Assembly: GCF_004010195.1 (NCBI RefSeq)
Contig: NC_057737.1
Span: 8,937,420-9,001,419 of the forward strand
Reading direction: 5' to 3'
DNA: 64,000 bases
DNA from: Chiloscyllium plagiosum
Lineage: Eukaryota
This document shows positions 12,117-24,737 of this stretch, one piece after another. The notes below the pieces were generated by a model that was given only the letters and a program-made list of their open reading frames with translations, was not told the DNA's origin and did not search any database. Position numbers and translations under genes: made by a program. The first letter of the stretch is position 1; every line of letters starts with the position of its first letter.

Positions 12117-13255
12117 AGAGTCATAGAGATGTACAGCACAGAACCAGACCCTTCGGTCCACTTGTCCACGCCGACCAGACTTTCTACCTAATCTAGTCCC
12201 GTTTGCCAGCACTTGGCCCATATCCCTCCAAACCCTTCCTACTCATATACCCATTCAGATGCCTTTTAAATGTTGTAATTATAGAGTCATAGAGATGTAC
12301 AGCATGGATACAGACCCTTTGGTCCAACCCGTCCATGCTAACCAGATATCCCAACCCAATCTAGTCCCACCTGCCAGCACCCGGCCCATATCCCTCCAAA
12401 CCCTTCCCCATCCAAATGCTTCTTAAATGTTGCAATTGTACCAGCCTCCACCACTTCCTCTCGCAGCTCATTCCATACCCGTACCACCCTCTGTGTGAAA
12501 AAGTTGTCCCTTGGGTCCCTTTTAAATCTTTCCCCTCTCACCGTAAACCTATGCCCTCTGGTTCTGGACTCCCCCACCCCAGGGGAAAGACTTTGTGTAT
12601 TTACCATATCCATGTCCCTGTGAACCCACCTCTGTGACCATCTAGTCCTGAAGTGGGACTCTATCCTGGAGCTTCTAGTCCAGAGGCAGGAACACTACCC
12701 AGTGTACCACAAGACCATAGAGAATAATTACCCTGGAATAATTTGAGATGCAGCATGATAGAGGCACAAGAACAAGTCCTTGACCTGGGTAAAGGTCTGA
12801 AGTAAAATAATGAGTACAAGGGGTAAAGTGTAAGCAGTAGTACAAGGAGAGCACAGAAACAGACCCTTTGGTCGGTGCAGATGAGTTGGACCGGACATTC
12901 CATTTACCAGCACTTGGCCCATATCCTTCTAAACCCTTCCTATTCATATACCCATCCAGGTGCCTTTTAAATGTTGTACCAGCCTCCACTGGCAGCTTAT
13001 TCCACACGCGCACCACCCTCTGTGTGGAAAAAGTTGCCCCATAGGCCTGTTTTCCCACCCCCCACCTTAAATCAATGTCCTTTCCCACCCCAGGGAAAAG
13101 ACCTTGTCTATTTACCCTATCCATGCCCCTTTTGATTTTATAAATGTCTATAAGGTCACCCCTCAACCGTCAGGCTCTCCCTCGAGCTTGAACCCCGGAC
13201 CCATCCTTGTAAATCTTTCCTGTACCCTCTCAGGTTGAACAACATCCTTCCTCTA
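12117..13255 (-). mobile_element. Cluster of CR1-type (HER1-like) LINE 3' fragments
   Basis: RGDLIDIYKI, FTQRVVRVWNEL, and CATCTCTATGACTCT tails. Confidence 0.85.
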
Positions 13256-13415
13256 GAAGGACACTGCCTTTTGGTTTATTTATTCGTGGGGTGAGTGTGT
13301 TATTGGCCAGGCCAGGATTTCTTGCCCATCCCTAATTTCCTAGCAGGCAGTTAAGAGTCACCCACATTGGCCAAACCAGGTAGGAACAGCAGTTTCCTTT
13401 TCTAAATGACATTAG

Positions 13416-13727
13416 GGTTGGCACGGTGGCTCAGTGGTCAGCACTGCTGGCTCACAGCACCAGGGACCCAGGTTTGATTCCAGCCTTGGGTGACTGTCCG
13501 TGTGGAGTTTGCACATTCTCCCCTTGTCTGCGTGGATTTCCTCCAGGTTTCCTCCCACAGTCCAAACATGTGCAGGTCAGGTGGATTGGCCGTGCTAAAT
13601 TGCCCATAGTGTTAGATGCATTCGTCAGAGGGAATTGGGTCTGGGTGGGTTACTCTTTGGAGGGTCAGTGTGGACTTGTTGGGCCGAAGGGCCTGCTTCC
13701 ACACTGTAGAGAATCGAATCTAATCAA
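13416..13727 (+). mobile_element. HE1-like tRNA-derived V-SINE
   Basis: A box TGGCTCAGTGG, B box GGTTTGATTCC, V-domain, tail GTTGGGCCGAAGGGCCTG..AATCT. Confidence 0.9.
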
Positions 13728-14059
13728 GTGAACCCGATGGATATTTCCTAAAAATTGATGATGGTCAAGATTGATCGTTAGACGCGCGCGTCCAAATTTT
13801 GATTGGATTCCGTTCCACCATCTGCCCTAGCAAGATTTGAACCCTGGCCCTCAGAACATTTCCTGGGTCTCTGGATTAATATTCTAACGATAATGCCACT
13901 CGGCCACCACCTCCTAGAGATTCTCAATCAAGTCACTGGAAAGTTAACCCAAGAATCCAAAGGTCAACTTTCTCTGCAGCTTAATGTTCATTTAAACAAA
14001 GGCATCAGCTAGACCCTGTGCAAACCATCATCAATTCTGTGTTGGGGAACATCCACTCA

Positions 14060-14340
14060 AACGCCACATCAGCTCCCTGAGCACTATAATTGACCCGTTC
14101 ACTTCAGTTGCAGTGATGCAGGAGTGCTGCATTGTCAGAGATCCCATCTTTCAGATGAAGGATTGCATCCACAGAAACAGAGGGGTGGAAAATTCCTGTG
14201 GCACTGGAGTATAGGTGGTGTCGTAGTCAAAGTTTACCCTTCAGTTCATGCCAACAAAAGCAGATCATCTGAGCTTTTATCTGATTACTGTTAATGGGAT
14301 CTTGCTGTGTGCAGTTTGGCTGTTGCCTCTTCCTACAGCA
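14060..14340 (+). mobile_element. Old DeuSINE-like (SacSINE1/AmnSINE1-type) fragment
   Basis: GGAGTGCTGCATTGTCAGAG..ATCTTTCAGATGA and GGGATCTTGCTGTGTGCAGTTTGGCTG resemble the Deu-domain family as recalled. Confidence 0.5.
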
Positions 14341-14615
14341 CTATCATGCCAACAGCAAAAATAGTGTTGTTTTTGAGGAGGGGTTGGTGGGAGAGGGAAT
14401 ATTCCCCTATAAGAAGGGAGTGAGCAGAACAGGTCCATAGTGCCTGGAGTTTCGCAGAATGCGAGGTGACCATGAGACATGAAAGCAGAATAGGCCATTC
14501 AGCCCATCAAATCTGCTTTGCCATTCAAACAAACCCAGTCAATACTGCCCCTTCAGACAACACGTCTCCCAAACTTTTCCCTCTATTCTGATTCCCTTCT
14601 GTGGCTATCCTGCTC

Positions 14616-14651
14616 ATTCCTGATGAAGGGCTTATCCCTGAAATGTCGATT
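14616..14651 (+). ncRNA. Minimal hammerhead ribozyme motif, sense in GLOD4 intron 2
   Basis: AUUC-CUGAUGA-AGGG-CUUAU-CCCU-GAAA-UG-UC-GAUU; stem III palindrome broken (AUGU). Confidence 0.5.
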
Positions 14652-14742
14652 CTCCTCCTTCAGCTTGGCTGAGGTTCAGAACAATTGGGAAGGCAGAACC
14701 TTTAACTACCCCTCTATACTCGATGCAACAATATGCATACGT

Positions 14743-15930
14743 AGAGTCATAGAGATGTACGGCATGGAAACATGCCCTTTGGTCCAACTCGTCCATGCCG
14801 ACCAGATATCCCAACCCAATCTAGTCCCACCTGCCAGCACTTGGCCCATTTCCCTCCAAACCCTTCCTATTCATATGCCCATCCAGATACCTTTTAAATG
14901 TTGTAATTATACCAGCCTCCACCCCTTCCTGTGGCAGCACATTCTGTACACTCACCACCCTCTGCGTGAAAAGGTTGTCCCTTTTTAAATCTTTCCCCCT
15001 CACCTTAAACCTATGCCCTCTAGTTCTGGACGCCCCCACCTCGGGGAAAAGACCTTGTTTATTTACCCTATCCATGTCCCTCATGATTTTATAAACCTCT
15101 ATAAGGCCACACCTCCACCTCTGATGCTCCAGGGAAAACAGCCCCAGCCTGTTCAGCCTCTCCCTGTAGCTCAAATCCTCCAACCCTGGCAACATCCTTG
15201 TAAATCTTTTCTGAACCCTTTCAACATCCTTCCAATAGGAAGGAGACCAGAATTGCACGCAATATTCCAAACGTGTCCTAACCGACATCCTGTAGAGCCA
15301 CAACATGACCTCCCAATTCCTGTACTCAATACCCTGACCAATAATGGAAAGTATACCTTCACTACCCTGTCTACCTGCGACTCTACTTTCAAGGCATACA
15401 GTTAGGCCATTTGACCCATTGAGTCTGTGACAGCTCTTTCAACAGCCATCCAGTTAGTCCCACAACCTGATTCTTTCTCCTTCTCCTTTTAATTTACCCA
15501 TTTGTCAGATTACCCTTTGAAGATGACCGTTGAGATGGTAACCGCCAGGCAATGTGTTCAAAACCATACGCCCCCACCTCGGGGAAAAGACCTTGTCTAT
15601 TTACCCTATCCATGTCCCTCATGATTTTGTAAACCTCTATAAGGCCACACCTCCACTTCTGATGTTCCAGGGAAAACAGCCCCAGCCTGTTCAGCCTCTC
15701 CCTGTAGCTCAAATCCTCCAACCCTGGCAACATCCTTGTAAATCTTTTCTGAACCCTTTCAACATCCTTCCAATAGGAAGGAGACCAGAATTGCACGCAA
15801 TATTCCAAACGTGTCCTAACCGACATCCTCTAGAGCCACAACATGACCTCCCAACTCCTGTACTCAATACCCTGATCAATAATGGAAAGTATACCTTCAC
15901 TACCCTGTCTACCTGCGACTCTACTTTCAA
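14743..15930 (-). mobile_element. CR1-type LINE 3' fragment, partly tandem-duplicated
   Basis: LEYCVQFWSP..RLGLFSLE..LIEVYKI occurs twice. Confidence 0.9.
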
Positions 15931-16105
15931 GGCTTACAGTTAGGCCATTTGACCCATTGAGTCTGTGACAGCTCTTTCAACAGCCATCCAGTTAGTCCCA
16001 CAACCTGATTCTTTCTCCTTCTCCTTTTAATTTACCCATTTGTCAGATTACCCTTTGAAGATGACCGTTGAGATGGTAACCGCCAGGCAATGTGTTCAAA
16101 ACCAT
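15030..16105. repeat. 538-bp tandem duplication
   Basis: 15030-15567 repeated at 15568-16105; 8 substitutions counted by eye. Confidence 0.95.
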
Positions 16106-16599
16106 CAGACCTATAAGGTGTAGGAGCAGGAGGCCAGGCAGTCCCTTCAGTCTGTTCATGGCTGATCTGATTACCCTCAACTCTACTTTCCTGGCTTTCC
16201 CCATGACCCTGGATTTCCTTGTGAAAGGTACAAAATTCTTAAGGTGCTTTACAGGACGGTCTTGAGAAGATCTGAACTCCTGGTTGTGGAGTCGAGGTCA
16301 CAGTCTCAGAATGAGGGATTTATGTCTGTGATTTCATCAGTCATTAAGCTGTGAGCCCTTTGAAATTGGAATACAGTGCTCGCTAATTGAATACATACAA
16401 AAATTTGTTTTTGGTTGCTGAACATATTACACGATATTAGGCTGGTGTTGGAGATAGAGTTGAGGCAGATGATCGATCATGACGTTAATGAATGTCAGGG
16501 CAGGCGCAAGAGGGTAAATGAGCTTCTGCTCTTATTTCTTTGGTGAAGCATAATACAAGTTTTTGTTTTCTTCTGAATGCTTTCTAAATTGTCTTACAG

Positions 16600-16720
16600 A
16601 CCTTATGGTAATAAATGGAGTAAAACCATGATGGGATATGGTCCTGAGGACAGTCACTTTGTGTCAGAATTGACTTATAATTACGGAATAGGTGGCTATC
16701 GCAAGGGGAATGATTTCTTG
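16600..16720 (+). CDS. GLOD4: GLOD4 exon 3
   Basis: ttacag acceptor; [40 protein letters not shown]; 121 nt; GTGAGT donor. Confidence 0.96.
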
Positions 16721-17234
16721 GTGAGTGTTCTTTTAATGTAACTTTTTTAGATTTTTGTCTGTTTGGGGGAATAAATATTTGTTGGGTGAGTATATCAAAG
16801 GATGTGCAACAATGAGTTGAAATCTAGAGAAAGGGTAGAGTCATACAGCACGGAAGCAAACCCTTTGCTCCAACCAGTCCTTGTCCTACATAATCCCAAT
16901 CTAAACTAGTCCCACCTGCCCACTCCTGACCCATATCCCTCCAACCTTTCCTATTCATGTATGTGTCCAAAAGTCTTTTAAACATTGTAACTGGCCCCAC
17001 ATCCACCACTTCTTCAGGAAGTTCATTCCGCATGTGAACCACTGTGTTTAAAAAAAACCTTGTCTCCTATGTCTTTTTAAAATCTCTCTCCTCTCACGCC
17101 CCCCCAGTCTTGAAATCCCCTGTACTAGGGAAAAGACAACTACCGTACATCTCTATGACTCTATCCAATAACAATCAAACTTTGCATTTAGTGTTTTGAA
17201 ACCCCCTACCTTGCAAAGCTGGAAATAGTCACCC

Positions 17235-17408
17235 AGGAGAAAGTGAGGACTGCACATGCTGGAGATCAGAGTCCAGAGTGCGGTGCTGGAAAAGCACAGC
17301 AGGTCAGGCAGCATCCGAGGAGAATCAACGCTTCAGGTAAAAGCCTTTTGCCTGAAAGACAGGATGCTGTCTGACCTGCTGTGCTTTTCCAGAACCACAC
17401 ACTCGACA
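17235..17408. mobile_element. Palindromic Penelope-derived short element
   Basis: Same arms; TSD GAAATAGTCACCC at 17222-17234 and 17412-17424. Confidence 0.75.
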
Positions 17409-18166
17409 GTAGAAATAGTCACCCCATGGCCCAGAGGTAGGGACACTCCCACCATACCCCTCGTTATTTTATAAGGTCGCCTCTCAACCTCCTACACTGC
17501 AGTGAAAAAAGTCTCAGCTTATCCAGCCTTTCTTTATAATTCAAACGTTCTCATAAATCTCTTCTGAGTCCTCTCCAACTTCATATTATCCTTCCTATAA
17601 CTGGGCGATCAGAACTGGACACAGTATTCCAGAAGAGGCCTCACCAATGTTCTGTATAACCTCACCATGACTTCCGAGCTCCCCCTACTCAAAGGACTGA
17701 GCAATCAAGGCAGTAGTTTAATACAACAAAGTCTGAGGTTCAAACGGCTGAATGACTCTTTCCTGTTCATAATCTGAAAGGTTCAAAGGTTTTTTTTCTT
17801 ATAAGCTATGTAAAATTTAATTAGCAGAGTGTTGGCTAGCACAAAGGGGCATAGCTTTAAATTGAGGGGTGATAGATATAGGACAGATGTCATAGGTGGT
17901 TTCATTACTCAGTAGTAGGTGTATAGAATGCCCCACTTGCAATAGTAGTAGACTCGCCAACTTTAAGGGCACTTAAATGGTCATTGGATAAACATATGGA
18001 CGAGAACGGAATAGTGTGGGTTAGATGGGCTTTAGATTGGTTTCACAGGTCGGCGCAACATCGCGGGCCGAAGGGCCTGTACTGCGCTGTAATGTTCTAT
18101 GTTCTATTGACCACGTTAACTACTTCTTCCACCTCTTTTTTTTTTTCTCCCCCCACCCCCTTACAG

Positions 18167-18311
18167 GGGATTACTATTCAGTCAAGTGAGGCAGTCAGTA
18201 ACGCCAAGAAACAGGGCTGGGCACTGACTGAAGATAAGGACGGAGTGTTTGTAACTGAGGACCCGGGAGGATTCAAGTTCATCTTGGTGAATAAGGAACA
18301 GCCAAAGGCAG
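18167..18311 (+). CDS. GLOD4: GLOD4 exon 4
   Basis: Polypyrimidine tract + ttacag; GITIQSSEAVSNAKKQGWALTEDKDGVFVTEDPGGFKFILVNKEQPKA; 145 nt; GTATGT donor. Confidence 0.96.
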
Positions 18312-18414
18312 GTATGTGGACTGGTTTTGCATCTCCCTCTGTAACTGCCCCTGACAGTGTTCTGGAGTTTATTTGCCAAATTGAGTGTACGTGACTTGAA
18401 AAGAATCATTTTTG

Positions 18415-18746
18415 TTTAGAATCCCTACAAGGTGGAAACAGGCCCTTCGGCCCAACAAGCCCACACCGACCCTCCAAAGAGTAACCCACCCAGAACTATA
18501 TCCCTACCCTATTATCCCACATTTACCCCTGACTAATGCACCTAACCTACACATCCCTGAACAATATGGGCAATTTCCCACGGCCAATCCACCTAACCTG
18601 CACATCTTTGTGACTGTGGGAGGAAACCGGAGCACCCGGAGGAAGCCCACGCAGACACGGGGAGAATGTGCAAACTCCACACAGACAGTTGCCCAAGTTT
18701 GGAATCAAACCTGAGTCTCTGATGCTGTGAGCCACCGTGCCAGCCC
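18415..18746 (-). mobile_element. HE1-like V-SINE
   Basis: Reverse complement of the same consensus. Confidence 0.85.
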
Positions 18747-19234
18747 ATCTGATTTTCAAAAAAAAAATGAGATTGAAGAGCCCTCCTGATCAACTTGACC
18801 AAAGCAAAATCAAAATGCAGTCCATCAAAAGGGCCAGCAGTCCATCAAAAGGGCCAGCAGTATCCACTGAAAACTAGCTTGCTTTAACCCTTTCAAACCT
18901 AATGACCTTAGTATCCAGACCCACATCTCCAAGAAGCCATGTATTGCATACCCTGACTGTCACCTGTCCCCTGGATGCCTGCTCTATGCAGGATCAATAC
19001 CTTCAGTGTTTCTCTGAGCCCGTGTCAGTCATGTGTCTCTCAGGTACTCACTTTACCTGTTTCAGAAGGGTAAGTGTTAGATTCTACATGGTCTTGGACT
19101 CGCCAGCGGGCCAATTGAAGCTACAACTGAAAATGGTGGATGACCCCAGCAGATCTGGCAGCATCTGTAGAGAGAGAAAAACAGAGTTAACGTTTTGGGT
19201 CCATCACCAGAACAATTCTGACAAAAGGGGAGGC

Positions 19235-19578
19235 GATGACAATGAGGTATTGTCATTGGACTATTAATCCAGAGGCCTAGGTAATGTTCTGGAAACTTGG
19301 GGTTAAAACCCACCACAGCAAATGGTGGAATTTGAATTCAATAAAGAAAATCTAGAATTAATGGTCTAATGATGACCGTAAATGCACTGTCGATTGTCGG
19401 ATAAACCCATCTGGGTCACTAATGTCCTTTAGAGATGGAAACTGCCATCCTTACCTGGTCTGGCTGACGTGTGACTTGAGACCCACAGCGATGTGGTTGA
19501 CTCTTAACTGCCCTTGGGGCAATTAGGGATGGAAAATAAATGCTGCCTAGCCAGCAATGCTACCATCCTGTGAATGCT
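19235..19578 (+). mobile_element. Second SINE family (tRNA-like head, LINE-like tail)
   Basis: Shared CCCATCTGG..CACTAATGTCCTT..GAAACTGCCATCCT..GTGACT motif with copies at about 10380-10715, 62105-62440, 258-385 and, reversed, 61720-62050. Confidence 0.7.
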
Positions 19579-19585
19579 TTGGATA

Positions 19586-19905
19586 GGGTGGTACGGTGTC
19601 TCAGTGGTTAGCCTCTCAGTGCCAGGGACCTGGGTTCGATTCCACCCTCAGGCAACTGTCTGTGTGGAGTTTGCACATTCTCCCCGTGTCTGCATGGGCT
19701 TCCTACCACAACCCAAAGATGTGCAGGTTAGGTGAATGGGCGGTGCTAAATTGCCCATAGTGTTCAGGGATGTGTAGGTGCATTTAGTCAGGAGTAATTG
19801 TAGAGTAATAGGGTTGGGGAATGGGTCTGGGTGGGATACTCTTCAGAGGGCCGGTGTGGTCTTGTTGGGCCAAATGGCCTGTTTCTACACTGTAGGGATT
19901 CTAAC
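19586..19905 (+). mobile_element. HE1-like V-SINE
   Basis: A/B boxes, V-domain and tail; diverged relative at about 20590-20850. Confidence 0.85.
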
Positions 19906-20129
19906 ATTCTGTGGGGGGGTTAAAAGAGGACCCTGGACTCGGAAGGTCAACTGTGCTTTCTCTGTCCACGGATGCTGTCAGACTTACAGAGTTTCTCCAG
20001 CACTTTCTGTTTTTGTTTCAGATTTTCAACGTCTGTGGTTCTTCATTTTTCTGTGCATAGTGGGACGTGTTTTTTACCTTTGTTTTTACGCTTGCCTCAG
20101 ACGACACTAATGCCACGTTGCTCTCTCAG

Positions 20130-20266
20130 ATCCTGTGCTGAAGGTAACCTTGGCAGTGTCAGACCTCCAGCGTTCCATTGACTACTGGTCCAATTTGCTT
20201 GGGATGAAAGTCTACGAGAAGGATGATGCCAAGAAGCAAGTCCTGCTGGGATATGCAGACGACCAG
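20130..20266 (+). CDS. GLOD4: GLOD4 exon 5
   Basis: ctctctcag acceptor; [46 protein letters not shown]; 137 nt; GTGAGC donor. Confidence 0.96.
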
Positions 20267-21719
20267 GTGAGCACCCCAGTGCGAGAGTGCAGCCAATCTG
20301 TTAGTGTGTTCAGCTTGACAGATCAGAGCAGGGGACATTGAATTGAACGCAGCAGTGCAGGTTCACAGCCATTGGGTTCCAAGATTAAACGCAGGCAAAT
20401 GGGATGAGTTTAAGATGGTCACTGCCAATGAGTGGACCGAAGGATCTGTTTCCATGTTAGACCCTATTCTCCGAATTGATCTTCACCATTGAAATATCGA
20501 TTGGCCATTAGTCAGCTGCCATGATGCACGCGTTTGACCATCCACCAATAATATTTCAGTCTTTGACTTCCTAATTCTGTACTGCACAAGGGCAGGTGGC
20601 TCAGTGGCTAGCACTGCTGCCTCCAAGCGCCACACACCCTGAGTTCAACTGCCTGTCTGTCTGTGGAGTTTGCACGTTCTTCTCGTGTCTGCGTGGGTTT
20701 CCTCCCACAGTCCGAAGATGTGCAGGTTAGGTGGATTAGCTGTGGGAAATGCAAAGTTATGGGGATAGGGTGGTGGGGTATGGATGCTCTTCAGAGACAG
20801 AGGACAGACTCAATTAACCGAATAGCCTCTTCCCGCAATTCTGCGATTCATTGACAAAGAGCCCTGTGTGTTTAGCATAATTAGCTCGGACTCTACAGCC
20901 CTGTCAGCATCTCACTGTAGCTTTGCTTGCAGCGGCCCTACATTTTCTGTTGGTCAGGGGGCAGCAAAGTCTACATGGTTCTTACTGCTCTTGTTTGATT
21001 TCAAACCTGTCCTTCCATTCCAAAACACAGGGTGATAGAAATGGCAACATCTCGGTTCACAGCTTAGGTTTCTATGGATTTCTTGACTTTGACTTTAGAC
21101 TCCCACACCCTCAAAGAGAAGTGTGAGCTAGAGTGGCTAAAATCTTCAAAATATACTTCCTGACATGACCCCACTGCTGTCCCAGTCATTTTACACTTTG
21201 ACTCCTCCAGCATCAGGCTATTTTAACGGTTCTGTCCAGAAGGTGTGTGTCTGTGTGTACACCCATTTGTGGGGTCACCTATTTGTGTGTATGCGCATGT
21301 TTGTCCGCCTGTGTGTGCACGTGTGTATGTGTACCTCCGCTTGTACATGGGACCTGATGTTTGTGTACTGAATTCACAGCACCTCCCGACCTCTCTGTAA
21401 TGTTGGTGGCGTTGGGGGGTGTCCTGTGCACTCAAGGAGTAGCTGAGTGTAAATGTTTGTCTCAGTCATGAAGTAGTTGACAAAGAGGGTGCCACCTGAA
21501 CCCCAACTCTCCAACCTCCCTCTCCCCACCCACCAGAATCCTTTCAGTCCCTCTGGGAATATCAAGACCAGCAGTCCATTGTCATTCGGACTGAATGATG
21601 TTGCTTTCCTGGCATATTTGCCGAGGGCTTCCAAGGTCACCTACAATTTGTATTCATGTAGCACCTGTAATATCCCAGAGTGATTCAGAGGTTATCTAAT
21701 AATGTGTCACCCAGCCCCA

Positions 21720-22332
21720 TTGAGAGACATTAGATGGGATATAGATAAGCTGCAGAGCTGGGCAGAAAGGTGGCAAATGGAGTTCAATGTAGGTAAGTGA
21801 GAGTTGATTCACTTTGGTATGAGTAACAAAAAGATGGGGTACGGGTAATGGTTGGATATTTGGTAGTGTGGATGAGCAGAGGGATCTTGGTGTCCATGTA
21901 CACAGATCTCTGAAAGTTGCCACCCAGGTAAATAGTGCGCTGAAGAAGGCATATGGCGTACTGGCTTTTATTGGTAGTGGAATTGAGTCCTGAGGTCATG
22001 TTGCAGTTGTATAAGACTCTGGGGCGGCCGCATCTGGAGTATTGTGTGCAGTTTTGGTCGCCATACTATAGGAAGGATGTGGAGGCACTGGAACGGGTGC
22101 AAAGGAGGTTTACCAGGATGTTGCCTGGTATGGAAGGAAGATCGTATGAGGAAAGACTGAGACACTTGGGGCTGTTTCCATTAGAGAAAAGAAGGTTTAG
22201 GGGTGACTTGAATGAGGTGGCATTGGATAGGCATATGGAGGATAGTGGGCTAGTGTAGGTTAGGTGGGCTTGGATCGGCGCAACATCGAGGGCCAAAGGG
22301 CCTGTACTGCGCTGTATTTTTCTATGTTCTAT
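21720..22332 (+). mobile_element. CR1-type LINE fragment with internal deletion
   Basis: LYKTLGRPHLEYCVQFWSPYYRKDVEALERVQRRFTRMLPG joined to a 3' tail. Confidence 0.9.
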
Positions 22333-22459
22333 GAGGTGACCAAACACTGGCTCAAAGAAGTAAGTTTTTTTTTCCTTAAATTTCTCAATTCAAATTCTGT
22401 CAAGCTGCTGCTGTGTGATGGCCGTGTTTGTTTGTTTTCTGTCTTGTTCCGGATTGCAG

Positions 22460-22546
22460 TGTAAGCTGGAACTGCAGGATATCGGCAGCCCTGTGAATCA
22501 CGCCTCTGCGTACGGACGAATCGCTTTCTCTTGCCCGAGAGAGCAG
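22460..22546 (+). CDS. GLOD4: GLOD4 exon 6
   Basis: ttgcag acceptor; [29 protein letters not shown]; 87 nt; GTAAGA donor. Confidence 0.96.
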
Positions 22547-23859
22547 GTAAGACGGGGGAGAGCGACTGACATAGTGCCTACTGCAATCCCGCCATTCTGA
22601 CAGGGGCAGCAGCCATCTTGATGGAACTGAACTTCCTTCCAAAGAAGCTGCGAAGGGGCGTAGAGACAGTCTGAGGTGAACCAAAAGGATTCTGTGCCCC
22701 CCATGTTGTCTTGTTTTCTTTCACAAAGGATTGCTCAAAAAGATTGAGATTGTCCTCCTTGGGACAAAGACGTTTGTTGGGGGAGACTTGGCTGAGGTAT
22801 ACACAATTAAGCCGGATTTAGATTGGACAGAGAGGCTAGGCCTGTTCTCATTAGCTGATGGTACAAGGACACCATGAGATACTGATTTAAAATCTTGGGT
22901 AAGAGATCCAGGGGGAATATGAGGAAGATCTTCTGTTTGTGCAACAAGTGATAAATGGCCTGGAATGCACATCCCATGAGGTCGGTGGAATCGGGGACGG
23001 TTAATGATTTTGAAAGGAAATTGGATGAGTTGTTGAATGAAGTAAACTTAAGGGTTTATGAGATAAAAGTGGAGGAATGGGACTGACTGGGACGCTTTGT
23101 GGAGAGCCAACAGTGACTGATTCTGCCTCCTATTGCTGTGCTGACTGTGCACTGATGGGTTGATTCATATCAATGTGCTTTGAAAACCATATGCTCTGGC
23201 CTGCTTTTCCAGAGCATTCAAGCAAGAACATTCCCATTTCCTCAGAAAAGGTGGTATTTGCGTAGCACCTTTACAGTAATAAAATATCCCCAGATTCTTA
23301 GTTGGCCACAGGATACTGATTGATAAGGAATGTAAGAGTTCAAGAAGGAAGGGTTTGCTCACAGCCTGGTCAACAAAGTGGGTTTTAAGAAGGATGTTGA
23401 AAGAGGAGAGGGAGGTGGAATGGTGTTGGGGTAAATGAAGATTGGCCACTGAATGGCACGACAGGGTCAATGGGCTGAATGGCCTACTCTAGTTCCTAAT
23501 CCTAGCATGTGGGTAGGCAAATGCCAGTGAAATTAAAATAAAGAAAGTGTGGACTTTGTCCAATCCACCTGGTTGTATGTTGGACGGGAGTGTGACCCAA
23601 CAGACCTTGACGCAAGCTGTTGAAAGACCAATGGAAGTTTCCCATGTTTACTTCCATCGGTCACTACCTTGCAGGTAACCTGGGAACAACACAGTCAGGG
23701 GGCATCTGGGCAATGGGTGGATGTCCAGCTGTGGTGGAGATGGTGTCCCTATAGCAGAATATCCAGAGATTGACAGACAGAGAAGGCCCAGAATAGTTGC
23801 TGTCATTGTCTGTTAGAGCAACTAGCAACACTTTTTTTTGTTTTGTGATTTTGAGAATA

Positions 23860-24093
23860 TTTGTAGCTCAAGTCGAGGTTCAGGTTGTAAGTTTGTTCTC
23901 AGACGTTTCGTCACCACGCTCGCTAACATCATCAGTGAGCCTCTGGTGAAGCGCTGGTGTTCTGTCCCGCTTTCTAGTTATGAGTCTTGGTCTCATAAAG
24001 TGGGTGATCTCATTTCCTGTTCCTTTTTCTCAGAGGTTGGTAAATGGGGTTCCAAATCGACGTGGTTATTCGTGGAGTTCCGGTTTGAATGCC
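23860..24093 (-). mobile_element. Penelope-like element 3' fragment
   Basis: Minus strand encodes frameshifted HSNRNSTNNHVDLEP/IYQPLRK, resembling the C-terminus of Penelope GIY-YIG ORFs, followed by the hammerhead motif. Confidence 0.65.
23898..23939 (-). ncRNA. Minimal type I hammerhead ribozyme motif in a Penelope-like 3' end
   Basis: Minus strand: CUCA-CUGAUGA-U-GUUA..UGAC-GAAA-CG-UC-UGAG; intact core, stem I CUCA/UGAG, palindromic ACGU stem III. Confidence 0.7.
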
Positions 24094-24179
24094 TGTTTTT
24101 TTCCCCATTGCATTCAAATTCTCTCTGTGGTGGTTCAGGTCTTTTTTTTTAAAAAAGCTCAATCTTTGTTTTAATTAAG

Positions 24180-24293
24180 TTGCCCGGTATCGAGTCTCAA
24201 ATGAAGGAGGAGAATCAGAAAATCCTGACTCCGTTGGTGAGCTTGGACACGCCGGGAAAAGCAACTGTAGAGGTCGTGATCCTGGCAGACCCG
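24180..24293 (+). CDS. GLOD4: GLOD4 exon 7
   Basis: ttaattaag acceptor (AAG); [38 protein letters not shown]; 114 nt; GTGAGT donor. Confidence 0.95.
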
Positions 24294-24737
24294 GTGAGTG
24301 GCGGCTGACGGTTTCTACCACCTGGGGGGGGGGAGCCGGCATGTGATGGGGGTGGGGGCACCATGCAACGGGGGAGTGCTGCCATGTGACTGGGGTGAGG
24401 GTGCCATGTGATGGGGGTTTATCAGCAATGATACAAAGTGATTCTGGAAGATAACCTGCTCACCAGTTACGTGCACTAACTTATACAGAAGCAATGCATA
24501 GTCTCTGCACCCTGCCAGGCTTCCATTTGAGCAGATCTCCCTCAAAGGCATTGCAACATTTTCCTGTATTTACAAGGGAAAGATGGGTGGCTTAATGTTA
24601 ATGTTAATGAGTCAGTAGTGAATGGGCTGAAAGGCCTGTTCTGCACTGTGTGGTTTACTAGTTAGGAGATGGATTCAAATCCCATTGTGGTAGTTGGTGG
24701 AATTTAAACTCATTTCAGAAAAGTCATTAGTCTCAGT

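Noticed and set aside
14821-15306. 161-aa RT-related ORF as a functional gene
   Set aside because: 5'-truncated CR1 ORF2 tail with deletions; no intact autonomous element is present in the window.
18817-18861. 20-bp tandem duplication (another at about 52976-53020)
   Set aside because: Ordinary slippage-type micro-duplication.
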